Source of the DNA: a virus
UHGV virus genome: UHGV-1530050
Strand: one strand, 5' to 3'
Length of the DNA stretch: 30,949 bases
The stretch's first letter is position 1. Each line of letters opens with the position of its first letter. The notes under the pieces were generated by a model. It was not told the origin of the DNA and did not search any database. It saw only the letters and a program-made list of their open reading frames with translations. This document shows positions 1 through 8,981 of this stretch, one piece after another. A program made the position numbers and the translations under genes.

Positions 1-40
1 TAACGTATTCGCGCTACATCCAAAGCGTGTTATGAAACAA

Positions 41-70
41 GGGGTTAGCGAATTGCTAACCCCTTTTTCA
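41..70 (+). terminator. Rho-independent terminator-like hairpin, possibly bidirectional
   Basis: 9-bp stem GGGGTTAGC/GCTAACCCC with loop GAATT, followed by TTTTT on the + strand; an A-rich tract precedes it, so it may also work on the - strand. Confidence 0.5.
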
Positions 71-76
71 TTGGTG

Positions 77-122
77 GTGGCGGCAAATTGGCGGCAGAGA
101 TTGGCGCGATGGCGACAGATAT
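77..122. repeat. Three imperfect direct copies of a TGGCG(G/A)CA(R)A(K)AT motif; candidate att-region recombinase binding sites
   Basis: tggcggcaaat (77-88), tggcggcagagat (89-101), tggcgacagatat (110-122); similar copies occur at 30783..30806 in the int 3' end. Confidence 0.4.
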
Positions 123-144
123 AAAAAACCTGCCGAAGCAGGTT
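121..144 (-). terminator. Rho-independent terminator of the ogr/B-like gene
   Basis: On the - strand the stem AACCTGC/GCAGGTT with loop TTCG is followed by TTTTAT, starting at the ogr stop codon. Confidence 0.6.
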
Positions 145-362
145 CAAAGCCAAAGTTGCTGTTGTTGGTTTCTGATGGGGTGGGGCGGAGCAGGATCAAC
201 AGTGCCCGGTTTCACAATGAATCTTGATAGCGTCTCAAAAGTGATAAATGTACATCCGCAATTTATGTTCTGGCATTGGTGATAACGTTCTTTCGTTTCG
301 GTGCTAAGGTACCGGCTAGTACGAGCATGTGCGGCGTTTTGGCATAACGGGCAGTGCATCAT
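144..362 (-). CDS. ogr: Late gene transcriptional activator, Ogr/Delta (186 B) family zinc-finger protein
   Basis: 72 aa; C-P-L-C ... C-Q-N-I-N-C-G-C zinc-finger spacing and overall resemblance to P2 Ogr as I recall it; located after gene D as in P2/186. Confidence 0.85.
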   Translation of the reverse strand: MMHCPLCQNAAHARTSRYLSTETKERYHQCQNINCGCTFITFETLSRFIVKPGTVDPAPPHPIRNQQQQLWL

Positions 363-438
363 AATTTTTCCCCCTGCTGGCGCGTTTGAGGGAATAATAA
401 ACTCTAAAATTGCATTTGCAAGTTATGATTTGCTTTTT

Positions 439-1608
439 TTATATTTCGCTTTCCTCTGAGCTGTACTCTATATCAGATAGCTTAACCTCAAGCTCTAACC
501 CCGTCGTGAAGCCATTATTATTCAGAATGTGAGTTACTTTACTGATTAACCATACCTGTTCGTCTATTACACGCTTAAAGCCCGACACACGTACAGGCGT
601 CTCAGGAAATAAATCCGCTCGCCCTAGCGCCAGTGTGATTGAAAACTCCGCAACGCCTCGCTGCAGTTTATCCCACTTAGCCTGAGCGGCACGCATCGCC
701 TGCGCCTTTGATGCGTAGACCGTTGTCAGCGCCAGCACGTTATCGGCTTCACCGGCCATATACTCACCCTCGCGAGCCTCCTGCTCTTTTTTGGCCTTTG
801 TCTTTTTGCTGACAGGCTTTGCTTTCGGGTGCTCCAGTGCGCGTAGGTGTTTCTCTTTTGGCTGGCGTTTCAGCGTCACTTTTTGCTTTTGCGGCTTCGG
901 GTCTTTGGTGTGCAACCATTTTGCCGTTACGCCGGTATAAGCCCCACGGTCGGCAATAGCAAATTGATGACGGTCACCATTGCTACGGGTCAGCGTCATT
1001 TGCGGGATGGGTCTGCCGCTGGCCGTCATCGCACTACCGGCTTTCAGAAACAGCAATTTCCCCGCTTTCACTGACACCGCAGCTCCGTTTCGGTCAGCTA
1101 GCCGGGTCAGAAACACCGCGTCGGACTCCTGCGACTGGTCGATATGCGGTACCGGGATTTTTTTCAGTGAATCAGCGACACTGGCCGTCAGTTTATTGCG
1201 TTTTGCGATGGTGCTGACCAGTTCTCCGATGGTGGTGTCATGCCATGACTCTTCACGCCTGGAATTTAGCGTGCCGCGAAAGTCCGCGCTGCGCGCCCGG
1301 ATGGTCAGGGTGTCAGGCGCTCCCCGGTGCTCAATCTCATCGACCGTAAAATCCCCCTTATTCAGCAACGCCGAGCCCTGCCAGCCAAGCCACAGCGTCA
1401 GCACTGCCCCGCGCAGGGGTAACTCAACTTTCCCGTCGGTATCATCAAGCTCAATATCGAGCTGGTCAGCCTCAAAACCCCGGTTATCGGTCATGGTGAG
1501 AGAAATCAATCGGTCACTAAAATTGCTGGTAATGTCCTGGCTGTTCAGCGTCAACTTAAATGCCGGTGCAAGGCTGGCACCGGCGTCAATTGCCATCTCC
1601 GTTATCAT
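439..1608 (-). CDS. D: Tail protein D (late control gene D family)
   Basis: 389 aa; position downstream of U with ATGA start/stop coupling; P2 gpD-like sequence. Confidence 0.85.
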   Translation of the reverse strand: MITEMAIDAGASLAPAFKLTLNSQDITSNFSDRLISLTMTDNRGFEADQLDIELDDTDGKVELPLRGAVLTLWLGWQGSALLNKGDFTVDEIEHRGAPDTLTIRARSADFRGTLNSRREESWHDTTIGELVSTIAKRNKLTASVADSLKKIPVPHIDQSQESDAVFLTRLADRNGAAVSVKAGKLLFLKAGSAMTASGRPIPQMTLTRSNGDRHQFAIADRGAYTGVTAKWLHTKDPKPQKQKVTLKRQPKEKHLRALEHPKAKPVSKKTKAKKEQEAREGEYMAGEADNVLALTTVYASKAQAMRAAQAKWDKLQRGVAEFSITLALGRADLFPETPVRVSGFKRVIDEQVWLISKVTHILNNNGFTTGLELEVKLSDIEYSSEESEI

Positions 1609-2090
1609 GCAGTGAAACCTCCGGGCATACCCTGCAGTTTATCTGTCAAATTACCGGCAGAGCCGAGAAGCTCACTGGCCTGTTTATTCAGGTCACCAAA
1701 CATCTCTGTCAGCGATTCATCAACCCGTTTTAGCGAAAGCGTGAAATCAATCTTTCTGGCCGCACCATCACTGAAAAACTCGGTGCGTGTAGTCGATACT
1801 TTATCGACGATATACATCCCGAGGATATTTCCGGTTCCCTCTATCAACGGCCACGCTCTGCCTTCATTGGCCATCACCTCTACAGCCTTAAGTGAGATCC
1901 AACCGCCAGTGATAGCGGGGTATAGCGTACCAGCAAGCTGTATAGAGGTTTCCCCCTCGCCAAGAAACTGATAGGCAGGTGGTTTACCCACCCGGTCATT
2001 GGACACCCAGCGATAATCTTTCGAATGCTGCATCGACTGGTAAGGCAGGGTGCGAAGTTCAAACACAAACATTCCGAGAGCAAGCATCAT
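1605..2090 (-). CDS. U: Tail protein U
   Basis: 161 aa; sits between tape measure and D as in P2. Confidence 0.85.
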   Translation of the reverse strand: MMLALGMFVFELRTLPYQSMQHSKDYRWVSNDRVGKPPAYQFLGEGETSIQLAGTLYPAITGGWISLKAVEVMANEGRAWPLIEGTGNILGMYIVDKVSTTRTEFFSDGAARKIDFTLSLKRVDESLTEMFGDLNKQASELLGSAGNLTDKLQGMPGGFTA

Positions 2091-2103
2091 CGTTTAATCC
2101 CCC

Positions 2104-4548
2104 TCAATAGTCGTGGGTCATGTTGGCACGCTGGCGGGCGCGTTTATCGCGCTCAATCTGTTCGAGCGTGTCGCGTAGTTGTCTGTCAAGCTGATGCCCC
2201 GGCGCAACACCTCCCGGCAGATTGATGTTGTATTCGCTTTTGCTCTGGTCAATGTAAGAGCGCCCCGCCGGTGCGGTAACTGGCTGATAAGCCTGATAGC
2301 CGCCATATGTGCTGGTTGCCGGGATGTAGGAATTACCCTGTGTGGCGGCATTGGTTTTGGCGGCGGTCTGGTCGAGGCTGTCCGACTCTTTGTTGATGAT
2401 GCCTAGCTTTTCGAGAAGCCAGTCGACACCGCTGCGCAGCTTGTTAAAAACATTGAGCGGAGCCATCAAGGCAGAGGCCAGTGCCTGACCAAATATGACG
2501 CCGACACTTTTGCAGCTATCAAGCGTTTCCTGCGTGGCCTTAACCGGTGCTATCAGGTCTTTAAACCACTGCCAGACGCCGCGCAGTTTCTCGCCGAGGC
2601 CATCAAAAATGGGAGCCAGTGGAGCTAACATTTCCCCGACTGGGGCAAAGGCACTCATGATGCCCTCAATCACTCCCGAGAAAAATGCGCTGATGGGCTC
2701 CCAATATTTACGGATGAGTAGCGCCCCCGCCACAATCGCCGCACCGACGGCCACTATCGGCCAGGTAATCGCACCGAGCGCTGTCGCAATGGCACTACCG
2801 ACGACAGTAAAGACCGTACCCAGCACGCCAGCAGCGGCGATAATTGCATTAATCCCCATGACAACCGGCCACGCAACGAGACCAATGCCGCCGATGATAC
2901 CAATCAGTGCCAGCGCACCACCGGCGATGATGCCGATAGTTTCCGCTAACTCCTTGTTGTCTTTGATCCAGTCATCAAGCTTTAGCACATACCGTGTTGC
3001 TGTCTGAGTTAGCTGACGCAATGAGCTATCTTGCTGGTCATAGAGGTCAGTGCCGACCGCCTCATATGCTGACTGGAACTCCTTGAAGTCGCCGCCGAGG
3101 TTATCCTGCATAACCTTGACCAGCTCCTCTGTTTTACCGTCTGAATCCTTTATCGTGGCAGTTAGCTTATCGAGTTTTCCGCTTGCCGCTGCCGCCATAA
3201 GGACACTTGCAGACTTCATAGCCTCCTCGCCGAATATCGTTTTCACGTACTCGGCCTTTTGTGAGGTACCAAGATTGTTGCGTTTAAAACTGGCCTGCAT
3301 TTCTTTCAGGATGGTAAATAGCGGGCGCGTATTGCCTTTGCTGTCTGAGGTTTTAACTCCCAGCTCTTTGAGTGCATCGTATGCTTTGCCTGTGGGTGCC
3401 TGTAGTCTCGTGATAACAGCAGCGCCGCCAGTCCCAGCCATTGACCCCCTGATGTTATTATCATGAAGTGTGCCGGTAATCGCCGCCGCCTGTTCAAGAC
3501 TCACCCCAGCATTTTTCGCAACAGGGGCAAGGTAACTTAATGAGTCACTTAGTCCCTGAAAATCAGCGGTGGTTTTGTTCATCGTGGTTGAAAGAACATC
3601 ACCGATATGCGCAGCCGCGTCATTAGAAAGCTGAAAGGCGGCTTTTGTCCCCATCAACAGTTGCGCGTTTTCCTCCATTGTTTTTTTGTTTGCAAGCGAC
3701 AGGTTGAGAGTCACAGGTGTCATGGCCGCTATAGCCGCCGCATCACCACCACCTTTTGCAATGATAATCTGCGCACTGGCTGCATCATCAGCAGAAGCGG
3801 CTGTATTGTCACCGAGCTGGCGCGCCTGTTTGCGTAACGCCTGCATTTCTGGCGACTGCTTATCGACCCCGAGCACAGCCTGCAGCTCGGAGTTTTTTTG
3901 CGCAAAGTCATAACCGGGCATCAGCAATTTAACCCCGGCCATCGTTCCCGCTGTCGCAATACCGACCCCGGCAGCACCTGCAGCGGCCATGTTACCGGCA
4001 AGCTCCTTACCCGATTTATATCGCTCTTTCACTCGGTTTAGGTGCGCCTGCTGTGCGCTGACCTTCGCCAATGCTTCACGCTGCCGGTTGAGCTGCGCCG
4101 TCGTCTCGCTGATACGTGTTTTAAGCCCCCGCTCATCGTTTGCCAGATTGCGGGTATTGATACCGGCGGCACCCAGCTCGCGTTGCTGGCGTTTAACCGA
4201 CTCGGTGAGGCTGTTGTATTTAACCTGCAGCCCCTCGGCGGCACGTTTTGCGGATTCGAGCACCTGTGCCTGCGCTCGCGTCGGGCGCTCAGTATTTTTG
4301 AATTGCGTGGCAAGCGCTTCAGCCTCGCGCTTTGCCTTCTCCAGCGACTGGCCGGTTACGGCCAGTTGAGCGCTGGTTTTGCGAAAGCCGTCAATTTTTG
4401 CTGCCTGCCCGTTCAGGTCACGCAGCCCTTTTTGTGTGTCGCGAATATCTGCCGTCAGGGCTTTACTCGCAGTCTGAATGGATTTAAGCGGTCGGGTCGC
4501 CTGGTCGACCGCTTTCAGCAATACCTCAAGCCTCAGGTTATTACTCAT
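2104..4548 (-). CDS. T: Tail tape measure protein T
   Basis: 814 aa, Ala/Gly-rich coiled-coil N-terminal half and hydrophobic glycine-rich segment; follows E/E'. Confidence 0.9.
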   Translation of the reverse strand: MSNNLRLEVLLKAVDQATRPLKSIQTASKALTADIRDTQKGLRDLNGQAAKIDGFRKTSAQLAVTGQSLEKAKREAEALATQFKNTERPTRAQAQVLESAKRAAEGLQVKYNSLTESVKRQQRELGAAGINTRNLANDERGLKTRISETTAQLNRQREALAKVSAQQAHLNRVKERYKSGKELAGNMAAAGAAGVGIATAGTMAGVKLLMPGYDFAQKNSELQAVLGVDKQSPEMQALRKQARQLGDNTAASADDAASAQIIIAKGGGDAAAIAAMTPVTLNLSLANKKTMEENAQLLMGTKAAFQLSNDAAAHIGDVLSTTMNKTTADFQGLSDSLSYLAPVAKNAGVSLEQAAAITGTLHDNNIRGSMAGTGGAAVITRLQAPTGKAYDALKELGVKTSDSKGNTRPLFTILKEMQASFKRNNLGTSQKAEYVKTIFGEEAMKSASVLMAAAASGKLDKLTATIKDSDGKTEELVKVMQDNLGGDFKEFQSAYEAVGTDLYDQQDSSLRQLTQTATRYVLKLDDWIKDNKELAETIGIIAGGALALIGIIGGIGLVAWPVVMGINAIIAAAGVLGTVFTVVGSAIATALGAITWPIVAVGAAIVAGALLIRKYWEPISAFFSGVIEGIMSAFAPVGEMLAPLAPIFDGLGEKLRGVWQWFKDLIAPVKATQETLDSCKSVGVIFGQALASALMAPLNVFNKLRSGVDWLLEKLGIINKESDSLDQTAAKTNAATQGNSYIPATSTYGGYQAYQPVTAPAGRSYIDQSKSEYNINLPGGVAPGHQLDRQLRDTLEQIERDKRARQRANMTHDY

Positions 4549-4720
4549 TGTGGTTTCCGCTACGCTGCAGCGCCTTTTCGCGCCATGTGATGAGCTCGGT
4601 CAGGCTCAGGGAATAGAGCTCTGATGGCGGCCAGTGGAATATCACCGCGATATCCGCCATCAGGTCATCGGTCGACAGGTCGGGCGGGAAGTCTACTCCG
4701 CCGAAGCCGGTGACAAAAAA
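4541..4720 (-). CDS. E' extension of tail assembly chaperone (E+E' product made by -1 frameshift)
   Basis: The -1 frame after the slippery heptamer stays open to a TAA at 4543..4541 (traced manually), overlapping the T start; standard P2-family and tailed-phage chaperone arrangement. Confidence 0.7.
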   Translation of the reverse strand, partial: FFVTGFGGVDFPPDLSTDDLMADIAVIFHWPPSELYSLSLTELITWREKALQRSGNHNE

Positions 4721-5028
4721 CCAATCACCTTAGCGGCCAGCGACAGCATATCGGGCAGGTTCATCGCGGTTAGCTCCTGCGTGGTGAGCGCGGGATAGGT
4801 CATGCGGGGCAGCACTTTAATCAGCGCATCGACCTCGGACTGCGCCACCGCCGCCAGACTGACGCCGCGCAGGGTACCGGCGTTCGGCTCAATCAGGGTG
4901 ACTTTATCAATCGTCTGACCGGCGCGCTTAATCGGCTTGTCGAGGGTCACGACGTTCGGGTTTGCGGTGTCAATTTCATTGCCAACTGTATCAACAAATT
5001 CAGCGGGTTTACGTGGTGCTTTAGCCAT
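4693..5028 (-). CDS. E: Tail assembly chaperone E
   Basis: 111 aa ORF between FII and T containing the slippery site near its 3' end. Confidence 0.85.
   Translation of the reverse strand: MAKAPRKPAEFVDTVGNEIDTANPNVVTLDKPIKRAGQTIDKVTLIEPNAGTLRGVSLAAVAQSEVDALIKVLPRMTYPALTTQELTAMNLPDMLSLAAKVIGFLSPASAE
4714..4720 (-). other. Programmed -1 ribosomal frameshift slippery heptamer T_TTT_TTG
   Basis: - strand reads GGT TTT TTG in the E zero frame (Gly-Phe-Leu near the E C-terminus); X_XXY_YYZ motif as in P2 E/E' and dnaX. Confidence 0.75.
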
Positions 5029-5089
5029 GATTTTTACTCTGCTCTGAATGGGGTTAATAACCGGCCAGCAGTGCTGACCGGTCAGGGAA

Positions 5090-5608
5090 TTACAGCCCGA
5101 TTGCGCGGCGGTGCTGTTCCAGACGGTCGACGCCGTTCACCTTCTCGACCATGTTGACGGTGTCGATTTCGATGACGTCGCTACCATCAATCGTCAGGCG
5201 GTAATAGGTGCAAACGGTCGACAGTTTGGTCGAGGTGTTTTCACCCTGCTTATTTTCGCCGCCGTCGATTTCTTTATGACGGCCACGCATGACCACCTCG
5301 ACCGCGATGATTTCGCCGGTGTCGTCGCGCTGGTAGGATCCAGCAAAACGCAGCGGCACAGCGTCAGCACCCGGCGCGGCGTACTGCGCCCACAGAGCCA
5401 CATCAGGCAGGCCACCGACAGACCACTCGACGGTTAACGCATCATCGTCGAGACCGAGGTCAATCGCCGCCGCACCATTCATACCACCGCCGCGATAGTT
5501 TTCGAGCTTGCGGGTCAGCTTCGGCAGCGTCACGGATTCAACAACGCCCATGTAGCTCAGACCGTCGTTGAACATATTCAGATATTTGAGTTTGCGGGGT
5601 AGTGCCAT
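5090..5608 (-). CDS. FII: Tail tube protein FII
   Basis: 172 aa; immediately downstream of the sheath gene; P2 FII-like. Confidence 0.9.
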   Translation of the reverse strand: MALPRKLKYLNMFNDGLSYMGVVESVTLPKLTRKLENYRGGGMNGAAAIDLGLDDDALTVEWSVGGLPDVALWAQYAAPGADAVPLRFAGSYQRDDTGEIIAVEVVMRGRHKEIDGGENKQGENTSTKLSTVCTYYRLTIDGSDVIEIDTVNMVEKVNGVDRLEQHRRAIGL

Positions 5609-5623
5609 GTTATTTCAGGCTCC

Positions 5624-6811
5624 TTAGCTGTTGACCGATTCGGCCAGATTCACCAGATATTTATCGGTGATACGCTGGCGCAGGGTCAGGCTTTCCAGTG
5701 GTGGAACCGGCGTATAGTCGTAGTCGATATACAGTTTCCCGGCCTTGAGGGTTTCCTTATCGTTCGATTCCTCGTCGAACCAGCATTCACCGTCCACGAT
5801 GTAGCCATTTGATTTCAGCTCGCGGAATTTGGCATTAATGCCGTCGACAATGTCACGGATAAGCGATGCGGTGATGGGCTTATCGACCGCCCACATGTGC
5901 GCTTCGGCCATCGTGTCGGCCAGCACCTGCGCGGTGCGGGTGTAGTTCTCAAACAGGAAAAGCGGGTCATCCGAGCAGGTGCGGTTCCCCCAAAAACGGA
6001 AACCATCTTTACGCACCAGCGTCGTTACCCCGGCCTCGTTGAGCAGGTCGGCATCGGTGCCGGATGCCTGCAAATCCCAAAAGACTGACGCACTGATGCC
6101 GGTGACACCCTGCACGCCAACGTTAGACAGGGTTTTGTGCCAGCCGACGGTTTGGTCGATGTAGGCGCGCAGGCCGAGTGCGCGCGCGGTGGCGTAGGCC
6201 GTTGCGGTGGCGTTCGCGGTGGTGTCCCATGCAAGGAAATCAGGCCAGATGACCATCAGCTCGCGCTGACTGAAATTCTCGCGATAGGCCATCGCTTCGG
6301 AAATGGTCTTACAGCCCCATGCGCTGACATAGCCAAAGGCGCGCAGGCTAATACAGACCGACGCGAGCGCGGTTGCGACCTCCTGCGTATCGAGACCCGG
6401 CACGCCGAGAATGCGCGGCTTAACGCCGGTGACCGCTTCGGCAGTCAACAGCGCCTTGATACCGGTGTATTTACCGTTCTCATCCGTGCCGCCAATGATA
6501 TTAGAAATGGTCTGCGCCTGAGCTGCATCCGGGTCATCGTCGACCCCTTCGGCTACGCGCACGACAACGGTGACGGGTTTTGACTGGTCGGCGATAGCCT
6601 GCAGGGATGCAGCCAGCGTGCCTTTTTTACCGGCTTTCGCAATGGCGCTCTGCACATTGGTAATCAGTACCGGCTCATTGAGGGGGAATGTTTCGGCATC
6701 CGCATCGCTGGCCGTGCAGACCATGCCGACGATTGCGGTTGCTACAGTGGAAATGACGCGGGTGCCGTCGTTAATCTCAAGCACCTGTACGCCGTGGTGA
6801 AAATCACTCAT
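5624..6811 (-). CDS. FI: Contractile tail sheath protein FI
   Basis: 395 aa; P2 FI-like sequence and position. Confidence 0.9.
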   Translation of the reverse strand: MSDFHHGVQVLEINDGTRVISTVATAIVGMVCTASDADAETFPLNEPVLITNVQSAIAKAGKKGTLAASLQAIADQSKPVTVVVRVAEGVDDDPDAAQAQTISNIIGGTDENGKYTGIKALLTAEAVTGVKPRILGVPGLDTQEVATALASVCISLRAFGYVSAWGCKTISEAMAYRENFSQRELMVIWPDFLAWDTTANATATAYATARALGLRAYIDQTVGWHKTLSNVGVQGVTGISASVFWDLQASGTDADLLNEAGVTTLVRKDGFRFWGNRTCSDDPLFLFENYTRTAQVLADTMAEAHMWAVDKPITASLIRDIVDGINAKFRELKSNGYIVDGECWFDEESNDKETLKAGKLYIDYDYTPVPPLESLTLRQRITDKYLVNLAESVNS

Positions 6812-6911
6812 CCGGTTAACTCCGTGGTTAGTGGGCGAGTGTTATTGTCCTGGCTGGTCTGGTGAGGAGCTATTTGTCGGCGATGGGCAGGCGATGGCAC
6901 ATAAACAAATT

Positions 6912-6935
6912 AAAAAAAGACGGGCATCAGCCCGC
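6912..6935 (-). terminator. Rho-independent terminator downstream of tail fibre assembly gene G
   Basis: On the - strand the stem CGGGC/GCCCG with loop UGAU is followed by a U7 tract, 7 nt after the G stop codon. Confidence 0.6.
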
Positions 6936-6941
6936 CCTGCA

Positions 6942-7352
6942 TTACTCCGGTTTTACCGGCCACTCAATATCCGGTGCCGTTGAGGTGTCGACCGCGTTCA
7001 GCGTCTGAATGTATTTCATCCATGCAATGAGACTGGCCTTGTCATCGTCGCTGATGATGCCGAGCTGCAGCTCGGTCTGCCACAAGCTGATTGTATCTTT
7101 CGCCTCGTCAATCAGTGCTGCTTTTTGATTGTCTGCAAGCGAGATTAATTCCTCTTGTGTGAGAATCGGTTCGGGGGGCTCTATTGCAACCGGCAATCCG
7201 TTTTTATCATGCGATATAACGAGCCCCGCATCCTGTGCGCTCATCATTTCCGCATGCAGACTTACCGGAATCTCAAGCGTTCCCTCTGGCTGCTCAGGAA
7301 ACCATTGTTCAAGATAAAAACTGTCACTACTTGGATCAAACCATACTTTCAT
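6942..7352 (-). CDS. G: Tail fibre assembly protein (Tfa/gpG family)
   Basis: Conserved Tfa C-terminus (...LNAVDTSTAPDIEWPVKPE); start set at the internal ATG (MKVWFD...) that has a GGAG RBS and lies 1 nt after the H stop, rather than the longer ORF-track start at 7451. Confidence 0.8.
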   Translation of the reverse strand: MKVWFDPSSDSFYLEQWFPEQPEGTLEIPVSLHAEMMSAQDAGLVISHDKNGLPVAIEPPEPILTQEELISLADNQKAALIDEAKDTISLWQTELQLGIISDDDKASLIAWMKYIQTLNAVDTSTAPDIEWPVKPE

Positions 7353-7353
7353 T

Positions 7354-8376
7354 TCAGACTCCGATTGCAAGGTAGGTAGCATACGTCGCGCCATTGGTAA
7401 GCGGATTCGATAATGAGCGATAGTTCCAGCCAAACTTTGTACGCCCGTCACCCGACTGAGATGTTACAGAAACATAACCGGCATTTTGCGCAGCACCATC
7501 GCAACCACATGCAATAACAGCCAGAATTTTGTTAGGGAAAGCACTCGGCAAGGTACAAACACCCGTTATTGGGGTACCTGCTACTGACCCCGCAGGGTTG
7601 GTAAAATTCATGGCAAATGTCCCGATGACAGCCTTAAATCCATGAGGCAGGTCAAGCAGAGCATAACCATTTGCACTCGGGAAGTTATGTTCGAATTTAA
7701 ACGATGAAATGTCAGGTATTTGATTTGCGCCCTCACCAACGGCACGCGTTGCCGCATTACCAAGGCCTAAATTCTCAAACACCTTACCGATAATCCCAGC
7801 GTCAGCCATTTCTTTCAGTGCATTTGCTATCAGCGGGTACTGCTTATGCGGATTTGCAGCGTCAACATGCTTTTTCAACAGTTCATCAGCATAGGCTTTC
7901 ACCTCGATAACCTTATCGTCGACATACTGGCGCGTTGCCAGCACGACCGACGGGTCGATTTTCAGGGTAATAGCCGACGTACTCGACACGATAAGAATCA
8001 TGCGAATGGTCTGAGTGCGGCCGCTTCCCTCCTGCAGTTGTGGTTTGTAGGTTTCCGGGCAGTTCGCCACGGCAATAAGCACACCGGCATCATCATAGAG
8101 ACCAATCTCACGGATCCAGAAACCGCCCTCATTCTCGGGAATAATCTGTTCCGCGATAATCTGGCTGGTATTGGCCGGGTCAATGGTCAGCAGGTTCAGC
8201 GGCGCGATGCGCTTCTGGTTAATGAGCTTCGTCTGCGCCGGGTCAGGAGTCGGCAACGTACCATTCGCATCACCGACGGCCATCTGCGTCAGGTTGAGTT
8301 TGGTACCGAGTGCCGCCGCGTTCGCCAGCCGCGCCGCGCCCTGATTGGTCAGAATGGCAAAATATTTTGCGGTCAT
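7354..8376 (-). CDS. H: Tail fibre protein H (short variant)
   Basis: 340 aa; conserved P2 H-like N-terminal domain (...GGFWIREIGLYDDAGVLIAVAN...) with a divergent, lower-GC C-terminal receptor-binding part. Confidence 0.85.
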   Translation of the reverse strand: MTAKYFAILTNQGAARLANAAALGTKLNLTQMAVGDANGTLPTPDPAQTKLINQKRIAPLNLLTIDPANTSQIIAEQIIPENEGGFWIREIGLYDDAGVLIAVANCPETYKPQLQEGSGRTQTIRMILIVSSTSAITLKIDPSVVLATRQYVDDKVIEVKAYADELLKKHVDAANPHKQYPLIANALKEMADAGIIGKVFENLGLGNAATRAVGEGANQIPDISSFKFEHNFPSANGYALLDLPHGFKAVIGTFAMNFTNPAGSVAGTPITGVCTLPSAFPNKILAVIACGCDGAAQNAGYVSVTSQSGDGRTKFGWNYRSLSNPLTNGATYATYLAIGV

Positions 8377-8981
8377 GCGTTCACTCTCAGGTTATCAATC
8401 AAATGGATGGCCGAGGCCGGGTAATATTCACCGCCGACGACAATTTCCTCGGGGGTGTAGGGGTAAACGGTCAGCGCGTCGCCGTCGTAACATCCCGCGC
8501 CGACATACAGCTCGCCGGTTGCACTCAGGCTGATAGCCAGCCCCGTCAGGTGGCGACTTGCCGGTTTGGCGTCTTCAATCAGGCGCTCAAGCTCCTGATA
8601 CATTTCGTCAGTGATGCCACTGTCGAGCACACCGACAACGAGGCGAAATGTGCCTGGCTCCTCGTCGAGCTGCCACCACTCGCGCACCTCAATCAGAAAG
8701 CCGAGCGGCTCAACCACCCGACGCAATGCGCTGATGGTGCCTTTGTGCTGATGGACGAAAAAGGAGGATGCGCAGACGCTGCGCTTTGTCGCCTCCGGCC
8801 ACTTCTCATCCCACCTGTCAACCGACAGCGCCCACGCCAGATACGGCAGCAGGTTTACCGGGCAGGTGCGCCAGTTCCACAAAGTGCGCAGCGGTACCGG
8901 CACGCGCTGAATCTCAGAGAGCGCGGCAGCGGCGGCAACTTCCAGCGGCGACGAGCCAATGGGTAACAGCCGGTCACTCAT
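8373..8981 (-). CDS. I: Baseplate protein I
   Basis: 202 aa; overlaps J and H ends as in the P2 baseplate operon. Confidence 0.85.
   Translation of the reverse strand: MSDRLLPIGSSPLEVAAAAALSEIQRVPVPLRTLWNWRTCPVNLLPYLAWALSVDRWDEKWPEATKRSVCASSFFVHQHKGTISALRRVVEPLGFLIEVREWWQLDEEPGTFRLVVGVLDSGITDEMYQELERLIEDAKPASRHLTGLAISLSATGELYVGAGCYDGDALTVYPYTPEEIVVGGEYYPASAIHLIDNLRVNA

Noticed and set aside
1-44. Weak similarity between the first ~44 bp and the last ~47 bp of the window (taac...acatcc...tgtta...aaggg) as att direct repeats
   Set aside because: Only about 55-60% identity and it needs several gaps; the TGGCGGCAGAG repeat (84..103 and 30789..30808) is a much stronger candidate, so this is treated as possible chance similarity.
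88-282. 64-aa + strand ORF overlapping ogr in antisense
   Set aside because: It lies entirely antisense to a well-supported gene plus its terminator and has no RBS; probably a GC-rich antisense artefact.
980-1615. 211-aa + strand ORF inside gene D
   Set aside because: Antisense to a conserved tail gene with low-complexity Ser/Ala-rich composition typical of spurious ORFs in GC-rich DNA. The same applies to the + strand ORFs inside T (2495..3007, 3050..3466, 3989..4369, 4042..4590) and the other nested ORFs in structural genes.
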